From positions 1 through 64,000 of the forward strand of contig JBBRPR010000012.1 of the NCBI GenBank assembly GCA_038227875.1: a stretch of DNA of 64,000 nt, written 5' to 3'. Under the pieces are notes generated by a model. It was not told where the DNA came from, made no database searches, and saw nothing but the letters and a program-made list of their open reading frames with translations. The stretch's first letter is position 1; every line of letters starts with the position of its first letter. The translations under genes were made by a program, and so were the position numbers. The stretch is from Planctomycetota bacterium (GTDB taxonomy: Bacteria > Planctomycetota > SZUA-567 > H5-PLA8). This document shows positions 16,938-26,130 of the stretch, one piece after another.

Positions 16938-17906
16938 TTAGAACCCCAACCGCCCGCTCACGCGCACCGACCCGATCTTCCCGTGGAAACCCAGCGACAA
17001 ACCGCCGCCGTAGTACGACGAGTAGTTCGAGTAGCCGTAGCCGCCACCATATCCGCCGCCGTAACCGTAATTATTGTAGCCACTGTAACCAAAGCCGTTG
17101 TTGAATCCGCCGCCAACGAAACCGAAACCGTTTCCGCCGAAACCACCGGGGCCGAAGCCGTAGAGGATCGTCGGGTAATACGGCAGGCCCTGGTAATATT
17201 CAATGCCGCCGTACTGCTGGTTGGCAAATTGAGGCTGGGGCTGAAGCGGCTGGGGCGCTACGGGCGGGGCGGGTGGAATGTCGGCCTTCGCACGCGCTTT
17301 CTCTTCCTGAATCTTCTTCACCAGCGCGTTGTCTTCGCGCAGGCCGATCACCATGTCGTCCTCGACCTTTGCCTTAGCCTGGACAACACGAGCGCGCTCA
17401 GCGATTTTGGCGGCCTCCGCGCGCTGCAGGTCGATCTTCTTCGCCCAGCCGTCGGGGGTCTGGACGTAACCCAGTTTCGCGCGAATCGCGGCGTTGTCGG
17501 GATCCAGCAGGAGCACTTTCTCGTAGGCGGCGTGCGCTTCCGAAGAGAATCCGGCGTGGCGGTCGTAGAATTCAGCAGCCTTCGTCCACGCGGCGATGGC
17601 CTGCTTGACGTCGGTGAGCGCTTCTGCAGCTTTGACCAGCACGTTGCCTTCCACCAAAGCCGGATCGATCACGGGGTCGGTGACCTTCACGGAACGAATG
17701 TCTCGGCGGTTGAGGACCACGGTCCCCTTCATTGCACCGAGCTGGATGCTGAGCGTGATCGTGTTCTTGTCTTCGTGGATGACTTCGCCTTCCTGCGTGG
17801 TGCCGTCCATCAATTCAATGATATCGGCACGGCCGGTGCGAGCAGAGCACGCCGCGAGAACCAGTATCGAGAGCGCGAAGAGCGGAAATCGTGAGACACG
17901 TGGCAT
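16938..17906 (-). CDS. Exported protein with TPR and Gly/Tyr/Asn-rich C-terminus
   Basis: ATG at 17906 after GGAGG. Signal peptide, ADIIELMDGTTQEG domain, AYEKVLLLDPDN TPR, ends VSGRLGF. Confidence 0.7.
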   Translation of the reverse strand: MPRVSRFPLFALSILVLAACSARTGRADIIELMDGTTQEGEVIHEDKNTITLSIQLGAMKGTVVLNRRDIRSVKVTDPVIDPALVEGNVLVKAAEALTDVKQAIAAWTKAAEFYDRHAGFSSEAHAAYEKVLLLDPDNAAIRAKLGYVQTPDGWAKKIDLQRAEAAKIAERARVVQAKAKVEDDMVIGLREDNALVKKIQEEKARAKADIPPAPPVAPQPLQPQPQFANQQYGGIEYYQGLPYYPTILYGFGPGGFGGNGFGFVGGGFNNGFGYSGYNNYGYGGGYGGGYGYSNYSSYYGGGLSLGFHGKIGSVRVSGRLGF

Positions 17907-18319
17907 GCGGAATCCTCCGGCTTCAGTATAGCTCCCGCAGCCGTCGAAAAGCAAGGCTGCAGGCGCACAGAAGTATGTCGAATTGATGAGCGAAATGCTG
18001 CACGGGAAGGAATTTGCGTATGATCGTGGAAGAAAGAATGAGCGTGATGCGATTAACCTTCAGGCCCGATTCTGTGAACCGCTGCACACGTTCAAAAGTT
18101 ACCTAAGATTATGTTATCTTTTTTGATGACCGAAGCCCTGCAACGGGGTTAAATAAAGACGGTATAACATACGGTGGCGTAGGGAAATACCACAGTGCGG
18201 CGAGTCGGCCGAGGGCCAGAGGTTGACAACTGTGGTCTGGGCATCTTGCCCGGTGCGACGGAAGATCGATTTTTGCAAGATTGGCGTTGTTGGATGAAGT
18301 AGAGCTCAGTTTCAAGACC

Positions 18320-18343
18320 GACCGGGCGGGACGCCCGGACCAC
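18320..18343. repeat. REP unit (CCGGGCGGGACGCCCGG family)
   Basis: GACCGGGCGGGACGCCCGGACCAC. Related copies at 34300, 34448 and 44323. Confidence 0.75.
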
Positions 18344-18364
18344 GGAAGACGGCGGGAGGTCAGC

Positions 18365-21300
18365 GTGACGCGACACAACTTCGATCACCAGCACAACCAG
18401 ATTCACACGTCGAAAAGCAGCCGCGATCCCAATCGGTGGATTCGCGCGGCGGCGGCAGTCGCGGGTGCGGCATTGCTGAACGCGGCCGCGGCGCTGCCGG
18501 TCTTCGCGGAAAGCGACGCCCCGAAAGTGCAACTCAATGTTTTGCCCTCGCCCAACGAAGCTGACGCCGGCCCAAAGGTGCTGCTCGGCCAGGAATCGCC
18601 GCAGGGCGAAGGTACCTCCTACGCGTGGGTGGACCTCACCACGGAAGGCGACGGCAATTGCCGCGTCTATTTTGATTACCGCAAGAGCGCCGGTAGCTTT
18701 CATTTCATGGATCGCCGCGGCGCGAAAGTGACGCTGGGAATTTCCGAAGCCGGCGTCGAGCAGGTCCTCGGGAGCGGCACAGTGGTTCCCGGTTCGCTGC
18801 GCCTGGCGCGGCACGGTTTGAACATGGCCGTCTTCCAGAACGGCAAGCTCGTCTGCAGCGCCTTCGATGAACGGCTGACCGGCGGAGCGGCGGGCTTTCG
18901 CATGCTCGGTTCCGAAGGCCAGATCAAGCTGAAGGCTGAATCGCGCGACGACATTCATTTCTCCGACGACTTCATGGTCACTGAAACGAGGTCGGCGCAG
19001 TGGCGCGGCAACGGCAGTCCGGAAAAAGGCGACTTCGCCGTGATGTCGTTGAAGAACCCGCTGCTCAGCGCCAACGCGTTCTGCTACATGGGCAAGGGCC
19101 AGGGCATTTACTCCGTGGTCGGCGAACCGTGGTGGGACCGCTATTCCTACCAGGCAGCGCTGCGCGGACCGGCGGAGTCGAAGATCGGCCTGATCTTCGC
19201 CTTCCGCGACGAGAAGAACTACGGACTCTTCCGCTGGACGGCCCGTTCCGTTGGCGCCGACGGCACGAAACAGCCGGGCAAGCGTGAACTCATCCGCGTC
19301 GCCGATGGCAAGGAGACGGTCCTCACCTCTTCGGAGGGCGGCTACGAACCGCAGCAGTGGTACGCGGCGACGATTCTCGTCAACTACGCGCACACCAGCG
19401 TCACGGTCGACGGGCACTTGCTGCTGGACGCGGTCGATGCGTCGCTGACCTCCGGTGGCGCAGGCGTCTGGTGCGACGTGGCGATGCCAGCGAAGATGGC
19501 GCTGAGCCCCAAGGAACAGGCGTACCAGTACAATTCGCTCAACGATCTGATGAAGCAGCACGCCGTCTTCGACGACGTGAAGATCAACAGCATCGAAGGC
19601 TTCGAAGAACAATTCCGCACTCCCGGCTCGCTGGGCGCAGGCTGGCTGGTGGGCGCAGGCGACTGGAAAGTTCAAGCCGTCAAGACCCTTGACAATGCCA
19701 CACCCGACGCAGGCCCGGGCGAACTGACTGTCACGCCCCCCGGCGATGGCGTGGCCAAGGCGCTGATCGGCGACCGCCGGTGGGCGCGTTATCAAGTGGA
19801 AGCCGACGTCGTTACCGGCAGCGGCGCGGCGGGGTTGATCTTCCTCCACCGCGACGAAAGCAATTACTACAGCGCCACGATCGCCGGTGATGAACTGCGC
19901 CTCAGCCGTGTGGCAGCGGCCAACACGGGCATCAAGGAGACCGTCGTCGACACGACCCATCTGGCCAGGATCGACGGGCCGATTCATCTCAAGGCGACGA
20001 TCAAGCGCGGGCACATCAAGGTCACGGCCTCGTTGGCGGGCAACACGCTCGTCTCGGTGGAAACCTTCGACGCCACCAGCCAATTGAAGGGCCGCGCGGG
20101 TCTGCTGGCCTCCGGTGCCGGACGCGCCGCGAAGTTCTCGAATCTGGAGCTGACCTTCGTCCACGATTCCGATCCGCTGATCACCACCAACGCGGTCTTC
20201 GAAGACGAAGCCACGATGAACGACTGGACCAACCCGACCAGCGAATGGCATCCGCCCAAAGATCCGGTGATGGTCGATGGCAAGCCCGTCAACCTGCTCT
20301 GGCACCGCAGCCAGTTCCCGGGCGATGTGGAAATGACCGTCGAGCCTCGCGATTTCACCGAGACGAAATACGAGATCGCCTTGTCGCTGGCCAAGAGCGG
20401 CCAGGGCAAGAACAACGGCTACATCTTCCTCTACCGTTCCGGCGACAGCGCGGAAGGCACCAGCCGTTCGACGACCGCGCAGATTTTCCGCCAGGGCGAA
20501 AAAGTCGCTGAGAGCGTGCTCACCGAAGACGCGCGGCAACTCACCAGCCTCTCGCTGCGCCGCTGCGGCAAGTACGTCGTCGCCACGGCCAACGGCACGC
20601 CGATCCTGACCTACCGCGACGAAAGTCCGCTCACGGGAAGCCAGATCGCCTACTACACCAAGGGCGTGACGCTGCGCACCGAGGCGACCAAGATCTCGAG
20701 CAACAACTTCCACGACGAACTGTTCTCCAGCGCCCCGACTTTGTGGCGCACGGCGGGCGCGGCGATCGCGGAAGTAACCAACCGCTGGCAGTGTGATCCG
20801 CGGTGGTCGTTTTATTCCTTGAAGAGCGAACTGGGCAAAGCCGCTCCGGCGGTGCTGTGGAACAAGACCTCCTATCCCGGTGACGTCACCGTGGAGTTCT
20901 TCGTCGGCAACAAGATGGAGGGGGAGCGCGGCCCGCCGTACACCTACGCCCGCGACATCAATGTCACGATCTGCTCCGACGGTTCGGACCTGACCAAGGG
21001 CTACACGTTCATGTTCGGCGGACAGGGCAACACCGGATCGATGATCACGCGCAACGGCGTCGAAGTGAAGCGCAGCGCCAAGACCGTGACGATTCCGACG
21101 GACATGAATTTTCACCGGTACTGGTTCGCCATCAAGGTCGAGAAGCACGGTTCGCGCGTCTCGTACCGCGTCGACAAGTACTTCGCCGACGAGAAGAACG
21201 ACAAGGGCGAAACAGTCGGCGAACTGGTCTTCGACGATCCGCAGCCGCTGACCGGCGACCGCATCGGTCTCTGGACGTTCAACCACGCGATCATGATCAG

Positions 21301-21391
21301 CCGCATCCGCATCTCCGGCGAGAACGGCGAAGTCCTCGAAATGCCCGGCGCAGATCGCCCGGCCCTCAAGGCCCCCTACGACGGCAAGTAG
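18365..21391 (+). CDS. Large exported multi-LamG/ConA-like (DUF1080-like) beta-sandwich protein, paralog 1
   Basis: GTG at 18365 after GGAGG, matching the start of the paralog. Signal peptide. Repeated GEPWWDRY / GDRRWARY + GLIF...DExNY + GGAG / GRAG patterns. Confidence 0.65.
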   Translation: MTRHNFDHQHNQIHTSKSSRDPNRWIRAAAAVAGAALLNAAAALPVFAESDAPKVQLNVLPSPNEADAGPKVLLGQESPQGEGTSYAWVDLTTEGDGNCRVYFDYRKSAGSFHFMDRRGAKVTLGISEAGVEQVLGSGTVVPGSLRLARHGLNMAVFQNGKLVCSAFDERLTGGAAGFRMLGSEGQIKLKAESRDDIHFSDDFMVTETRSAQWRGNGSPEKGDFAVMSLKNPLLSANAFCYMGKGQGIYSVVGEPWWDRYSYQAALRGPAESKIGLIFAFRDEKNYGLFRWTARSVGADGTKQPGKRELIRVADGKETVLTSSEGGYEPQQWYAATILVNYAHTSVTVDGHLLLDAVDASLTSGGAGVWCDVAMPAKMALSPKEQAYQYNSLNDLMKQHAVFDDVKINSIEGFEEQFRTPGSLGAGWLVGAGDWKVQAVKTLDNATPDAGPGELTVTPPGDGVAKALIGDRRWARYQVEADVVTGSGAAGLIFLHRDESNYYSATIAGDELRLSRVAAANTGIKETVVDTTHLARIDGPIHLKATIKRGHIKVTASLAGNTLVSVETFDATSQLKGRAGLLASGAGRAAKFSNLELTFVHDSDPLITTNAVFEDEATMNDWTNPTSEWHPPKDPVMVDGKPVNLLWHRSQFPGDVEMTVEPRDFTETKYEIALSLAKSGQGKNNGYIFLYRSGDSAEGTSRSTTAQIFRQGEKVAESVLTEDARQLTSLSLRRCGKYVVATANGTPILTYRDESPLTGSQIAYYTKGVTLRTEATKISSNNFHDELFSSAPTLWRTAGAAIAEVTNRWQCDPRWSFYSLKSELGKAAPAVLWNKTSYPGDVTVEFFVGNKMEGERGPPYTYARDINVTICSDGSDLTKGYTFMFGGQGNTGSMITRNGVEVKRSAKTVTIPTDMNFHRYWFAIKVEKHGSRVSYRVDKYFADEKNDKGETVGELVFDDPQPLTGDRIGLWTFNHAIMISRIRISGENGEVLEMPGADRPALKAPYDGK

Positions 21392-21447
21392 CGGCGTAGC
21401 CGCGCGGGTCAGGTTTCAGAAAAGTCAAAGCAGGCGGAGAGGTCAGC

Positions 21448-24400
21448 GTGACGCGACATAACCACGATTACCAGCAAAGCAGCCGCGATCCCCATCGATG
21501 GATTCGCGCGGCTGCGGTGGTCGCGGGAGCGGCGCTGCTGAGTGTTGCCACTGCGCTGCCGGTGATCGCGGAGAGTGATGTCCCGAACGTGAAGCTCGAT
21601 GTCATGCCCTCGCCCAACGAAACCGACGTCGGCCCGAAGGTGCTGCTCGGCCAGGAATCGCCGGAGGGTGAAGGAACGTCTTACGCGTCGGTGGACCTCA
21701 ACGCGGAAGGCGAAGGCAACTGCCGCGTCTATTTCGATTATCGCAAGAGCACCGGCAGCTTTCATTTCATGGATCGCCGCTGCGCGAAAGTGACGCTGGG
21801 AATTTCCGAAGCCGGCGTCGAACAGATTTTGGGAACCGGCGCGGTGGCTCCCGGTTCACTGCGGCTGGCGCGGCATGGGTTGAACATGGCCGTCTTTCAG
21901 AACGGCAAACTTATCTGCAGCGCGTTCGATGAACGGCTTACGGGCGGCGCGGCCGGCTTTCGCATGCTGGGTTCGGAACGCGCGATCACGTTGAAAGCGG
22001 AATCGCGCGACGACATTCATTTCTCCGACGACTTCATGGTCACCGAGACCAAGTCGGCGCAGTGGCGCGGCAACGGCAGCACTGAAAAAGGCGACTTCGA
22101 AGTGAAGTCGCTGAGAAGCCCGCTGCTCAGCGCCAACGGCTTTTGCTATATGGGCAAGGGTCAAGGTATTTACTCCGTGGTCGGCGAACCGTGGTGGGAT
22201 CGCTATTCCTACCAGGCGGCGCTGCGCGGACCGGCGGAGTCGAAAATCGGCCTGATCTTCGCCTTCCGTGACGAGAAGAACTACGGCCTCTTTCGTTGGA
22301 CGGCCCGTTCGGTCGGAGCCGACAGCACGAAGCAGCCCGGCAAACGTGAACTAGTCCGCGTCACCAACGGCAAGGAAAACGTTCTCGCCTCTTCGGAGGG
22401 CGGCTACGAACCACAGCAATGGTACGCAGCCACGATTCTGGTCAACTATGGGCATGCCAGCGTCTCGGTCGATGGGCATCTGCTGCTGGATGCGGTGGAT
22501 AGCTCGCTGACCTCCGGCGGCGCGGGCGTCTGGTGCGACGTGGCGCTGCCGGCGAAGATGGCGCAAAGCCCCAGGGAACAGGCGCACCCGTACAATTCAC
22601 TTCACGATTTGATGAAGCAGCATGCCGTTTTCGACGACGTGAAGATCAACAGCATCGAAGGCTTCGAAGAACAATTCCGCACGCCCGGCACGCTGGGCGG
22701 CGGCTGGCTGGTGGGTGCGGGCGACTGGAAAGTTCAGGCAGTCAAAGCTGTGAAAGATTCCACTAACGACGCAGCTCCGGGTGAACTGATTGTCACACCT
22801 CCCGGTGACGGCGTGGCCAAGGCGCTGATCGGCGACCGCCGCTGGGCGGGTTATCAAGTGGAAGCCGACGTCGTCCCCGGCAGCGGCGCCGCGGGATTGA
22901 TCGTCCTGCACCGCGACGAAAGCAATTACTACAGCGCCACGCTCGTCGGCGAGGAGCTGCGCCTCAGCCGCGTGGCGGTGGCCAGCACCGGCATCAAAGA
23001 GACCGTCGTCGATGCAACCCATCTTGCCAGGATCGATGGGCCGATCCACCTCAAGGCGACGATCAAGTGCGGGCACATCAAGGTCACGGCGTCGGCGGCG
23101 GGCAATACACTTGTTTCGGTGGAAACTTTCGACGCCACCAGCCAGTTGAAAGGCCGCGCGGGTTTGCTGGCCTCGGGTACCGGGCGCGCGGCCAGGTTCT
23201 CGAATCTGGAACTCTCTTTCGTCCACGATTCTGAACCGCTGATCACGACCAACGCAGTCTTCGACGTCGAAACTTCGATGACCGACTGGACCAACCCGGC
23301 CAGCGAATGGTATCCACCCAAAGACCCGGTGATGGTGGATGGCAAGCCGGTCAACCTGCTCTGGCACCGCAGCCAGTTTCCGGGCGATGTCGAGATGACC
23401 GTCGAGCCCCGTGATTTCACCGAGACGAAGTACGAGATCGTCTTGTCGCTGGCTAAGAGCGGCCAGGGCAAAAACAATGGCTACATCTTCCTCTTCCGTT
23501 CCGGCGACAGTGCCGAAGGCTCCAGCCGTTCGATAACGGCGCAGATTTTTCGGCAAGGCGTTCAAGTCGCCGAGAACGTGCTCAACGATGATGCGCGGCA
23601 GCTCACCAGCCTGTCCTTGCGCCGCTGCGGGAAGTACGTCGTCGCCATGGCCAACGGCAAACCGATCCTGACCTACCGCGACGAGAGTCCGCTCACGGGA
23701 AGCCAGATTGCCTACTACACCAGGGGCGTATCGTTGCGCGCGGAAGCGACCAAGATCTCGAGCAATAACTTTCACGACGAATTGTTTTCCAGCGCACCGA
23801 CCGTTTGGCGCACGGCAGGCGCTGCGATCGCGGAAGTGACCAACCGCTGGCAGTGCGATCCGCGCTGGTCGTTCTACTCCTTGAAAAGTGAGCTGGGCAA
23901 AGCCGCTACCGCGGTGTTGTGGAACAAAGCCTCCTATCCCGGCGATGTCACCCTGGAGTTCTTCGTCGGCAACAAGATGGAATCGGATCGCCATCCGGGC
24001 ATCCAAGGCTCACCATACGCCTTCGCCCGCGACATCAACGTGACGATCTGCTCGGACGGTTCGGACCTGACCAAGGGCTACACGTTCATGTTCGGCGGAC
24101 AGGGGAATACAGGCTCGATGATTACGCGCAACGGCGTGGAAGTGAAGCGCAGCGCGAAGACGGTGACGATTCCGACGGATATGAATTTTCACCATCACTG
24201 GTTCGCCATCAAGATCGAGAAGCACGGTTCGCGCGTCTCGTATCGCGTAGACAGGTACTTCGCCGACGAGAAGAATGAAAAGGGCGAAATCGTGGGCGAA
24301 CTGGTCTTCGATGATCCGCAGCCGCTGACCGGCGACCGCATTGCCCTCTGGACCTATGACCACGGGATTATGGTCAGCCGTATCCGTGTCTCCGGTGAGA

Positions 24401-24468
24401 ACGGCGAGGTGCTCGAAATGCCCGGCGCTGATCGCCCGGCCCTCAAGTCTCCTTACGATGGTAAGTAA
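21448..24468 (+). CDS. Large exported multi-LamG/ConA-like protein, paralog 2 (tandem duplicate)
   Basis: Colinear and highly similar to 18365-21391 along its full length. Confidence 0.65.
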   Translation: MTRHNHDYQQSSRDPHRWIRAAAVVAGAALLSVATALPVIAESDVPNVKLDVMPSPNETDVGPKVLLGQESPEGEGTSYASVDLNAEGEGNCRVYFDYRKSTGSFHFMDRRCAKVTLGISEAGVEQILGTGAVAPGSLRLARHGLNMAVFQNGKLICSAFDERLTGGAAGFRMLGSERAITLKAESRDDIHFSDDFMVTETKSAQWRGNGSTEKGDFEVKSLRSPLLSANGFCYMGKGQGIYSVVGEPWWDRYSYQAALRGPAESKIGLIFAFRDEKNYGLFRWTARSVGADSTKQPGKRELVRVTNGKENVLASSEGGYEPQQWYAATILVNYGHASVSVDGHLLLDAVDSSLTSGGAGVWCDVALPAKMAQSPREQAHPYNSLHDLMKQHAVFDDVKINSIEGFEEQFRTPGTLGGGWLVGAGDWKVQAVKAVKDSTNDAAPGELIVTPPGDGVAKALIGDRRWAGYQVEADVVPGSGAAGLIVLHRDESNYYSATLVGEELRLSRVAVASTGIKETVVDATHLARIDGPIHLKATIKCGHIKVTASAAGNTLVSVETFDATSQLKGRAGLLASGTGRAARFSNLELSFVHDSEPLITTNAVFDVETSMTDWTNPASEWYPPKDPVMVDGKPVNLLWHRSQFPGDVEMTVEPRDFTETKYEIVLSLAKSGQGKNNGYIFLFRSGDSAEGSSRSITAQIFRQGVQVAENVLNDDARQLTSLSLRRCGKYVVAMANGKPILTYRDESPLTGSQIAYYTRGVSLRAEATKISSNNFHDELFSSAPTVWRTAGAAIAEVTNRWQCDPRWSFYSLKSELGKAATAVLWNKASYPGDVTLEFFVGNKMESDRHPGIQGSPYAFARDINVTICSDGSDLTKGYTFMFGGQGNTGSMITRNGVEVKRSAKTVTIPTDMNFHHHWFAIKIEKHGSRVSYRVDRYFADEKNEKGEIVGELVFDDPQPLTGDRIALWTYDHGIMVSRIRVSGENGEVLEMPGADRPALKSPYDGK

Positions 24469-24552
24469 CTCAACCTACGGGCGAAGGCGTTCAGGCGTAA
24501 AGAAGTTCGTGGCGTATCCAAAGGTGACGGTTCCAGTAGAGGTAAGGCGACG

Positions 24553-26130
24553 ATGCGAAAAGTTCTGACGCTTCCATTGATCGCGTTTGTGGCGGCGTGT
24601 CTGTGTCTGGCGTTCCTGAAACGGGGACCGCAGCAGCGTCAACCGGGCGCGAATGGAAAGTTGCCCGCGGGTGCGGAAGCGAGCCAGAGCGATGCGGAAG
24701 CGAAAGAGCCCGACGGGGGAGTTGCGCAGTTGTCGGTGGAGTCGCAGCCGTCCGGCGCGAGCATCATGATCAACGGGCGCCTGGCCGGATCCACGCCCAT
24801 CGCGCTGCAGCGGTTGCCGGTCGGCGATTATGGCATTCGTCTGGAGAAGGAAGGCTGCGAACCCGTCAGCCTGAAAGTCGCGCTCGGCCGCGACGGGGCG
24901 AGTTTGAATCAAAAACTCTCCGCGCTGCCCACCGGCGCGCTGGTGGTGGAAGTGAAGCCGGAAGGTTCCGACGTGCTGCTCGACGGCGAATTCGTCGGGC
25001 AGACGCCGCTGAAGCTTGAGAAGCTGGCCGTCGGTTCCTACGATCTGCTCATCCGCAAAACCAACTACAACGCCTACGTTTCCCACGTCGACGTGGAAGC
25101 CGGCGGCACGGCCAAATTCGCGGGCATCGAACTCAGCGACCGTGTCCTGGGGATGCTCGAGGGCCTCCAGAAAACCGAACCGCAGCGCCTGACGCATTAC
25201 ATCGACATGGCCCACTACTACTTCGTCAACAACAACCTCGACCGCGCCGTCGAAGTCTTTTCCCAAGCGATGGAACTGATGCAGACGCCGCTCAACTTCA
25301 ACGGACCCGGCTACCCGGGCAAAGAGAAGATGAGCGACATTGAGATTGCGCAGGAAGAGCGGATGCGCAAGAGCGACGAAACGCGGCTGCTGAAAGAGTT
25401 GGACAAGCATAAGAACTGGCCCGGCAAGGATGTCACCGCGTTCCGGCAGAAAATCGAGCAGGCGCAGGAGTTGATCAATTCCAAGAACCTGCCGTCGTGG
25501 GAATGGGCTGAACGCTCGGCCCGCGTGTACCTTAACAACAACAATTACGAAAAGGCCGCGCGCATTTACCAGGACCACATCAAGGTCGCGGCGGAAGGCC
25601 CGGACCTGCCCAAGGCCTATCTGGCATTGATGGATCTGGAACTGATGCGCCGTGATCTCAAAACCACGCGAGAAGTCTTCGACACGTTCTTCTTCATGTT
25701 CAGCTCCAACGCGGAAGCAATGCGGGTCTGCGGCGAGACGTTCGTCAACAAGCATCTGGAACGGATGATCAACTCCGGCGACCGCACCAAGCTGGTGGAG
25801 ATGGCCGAAAAGTGCCTGCGACGCGGAGTTGAAATCACGTATGACAAGAAGGCCAAGGCGCAGTGCGAAGCCGACCTGGGCGTTGCGCTGCTGAACACCG
25901 GCCGTGCCGCCGACGCCGTGGTGCAGTTCCAATCAGCTCTGGAGAAGACCGAAGACCCGGCACTGCGCGAAGACCGTTCACTCAGCCTTGCCGGGGCGCT
26001 GCGTCGCGCCGGAAAACTGGCCGAGGCGCGCGCCGTCTGTGAGCAGCTGAAAGAAAGCGAACGTCCGGCGACGCTGGAACGCGTCAAGATCGAACTGCTG
26101 ACCATCACCAATGCCGAGAGGAAGAAATGA
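24553..26130 (+). CDS. PEGA-PEGA-TPR protein, paralog 1
   Basis: N-terminal hydrophobic anchor. VESQPSGASIMINGRLAGSTP and VKPEGSDVLLDGEFVGQTP PEGA domains, then TPR-like helices. Confidence 0.85.
   Translation: MRKVLTLPLIAFVAACLCLAFLKRGPQQRQPGANGKLPAGAEASQSDAEAKEPDGGVAQLSVESQPSGASIMINGRLAGSTPIALQRLPVGDYGIRLEKEGCEPVSLKVALGRDGASLNQKLSALPTGALVVEVKPEGSDVLLDGEFVGQTPLKLEKLAVGSYDLLIRKTNYNAYVSHVDVEAGGTAKFAGIELSDRVLGMLEGLQKTEPQRLTHYIDMAHYYFVNNNLDRAVEVFSQAMELMQTPLNFNGPGYPGKEKMSDIEIAQEERMRKSDETRLLKELDKHKNWPGKDVTAFRQKIEQAQELINSKNLPSWEWAERSARVYLNNNNYEKAARIYQDHIKVAAEGPDLPKAYLALMDLELMRRDLKTTREVFDTFFFMFSSNAEAMRVCGETFVNKHLERMINSGDRTKLVEMAEKCLRRGVEITYDKKAKAQCEADLGVALLNTGRAADAVVQFQSALEKTEDPALREDRSLSLAGALRRAGKLAEARAVCEQLKESERPATLERVKIELLTITNAERKK

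Noticed and set aside
18149..21286. 1045-aa antisense ORF, and similar ones at 10393-12366, 12767-14956 and 58545-60332
   Set aside because: Antisense shadows of well-supported sense genes, with Arg/Val/Gly-rich non-protein-like composition.
18365..24468. Diversity-generating retroelement (TR/VR) explanation for the paralog pair
   Set aside because: The similarity covers whole genes, the differences are not adenine-specific, and there is no reverse transcriptase in the window.
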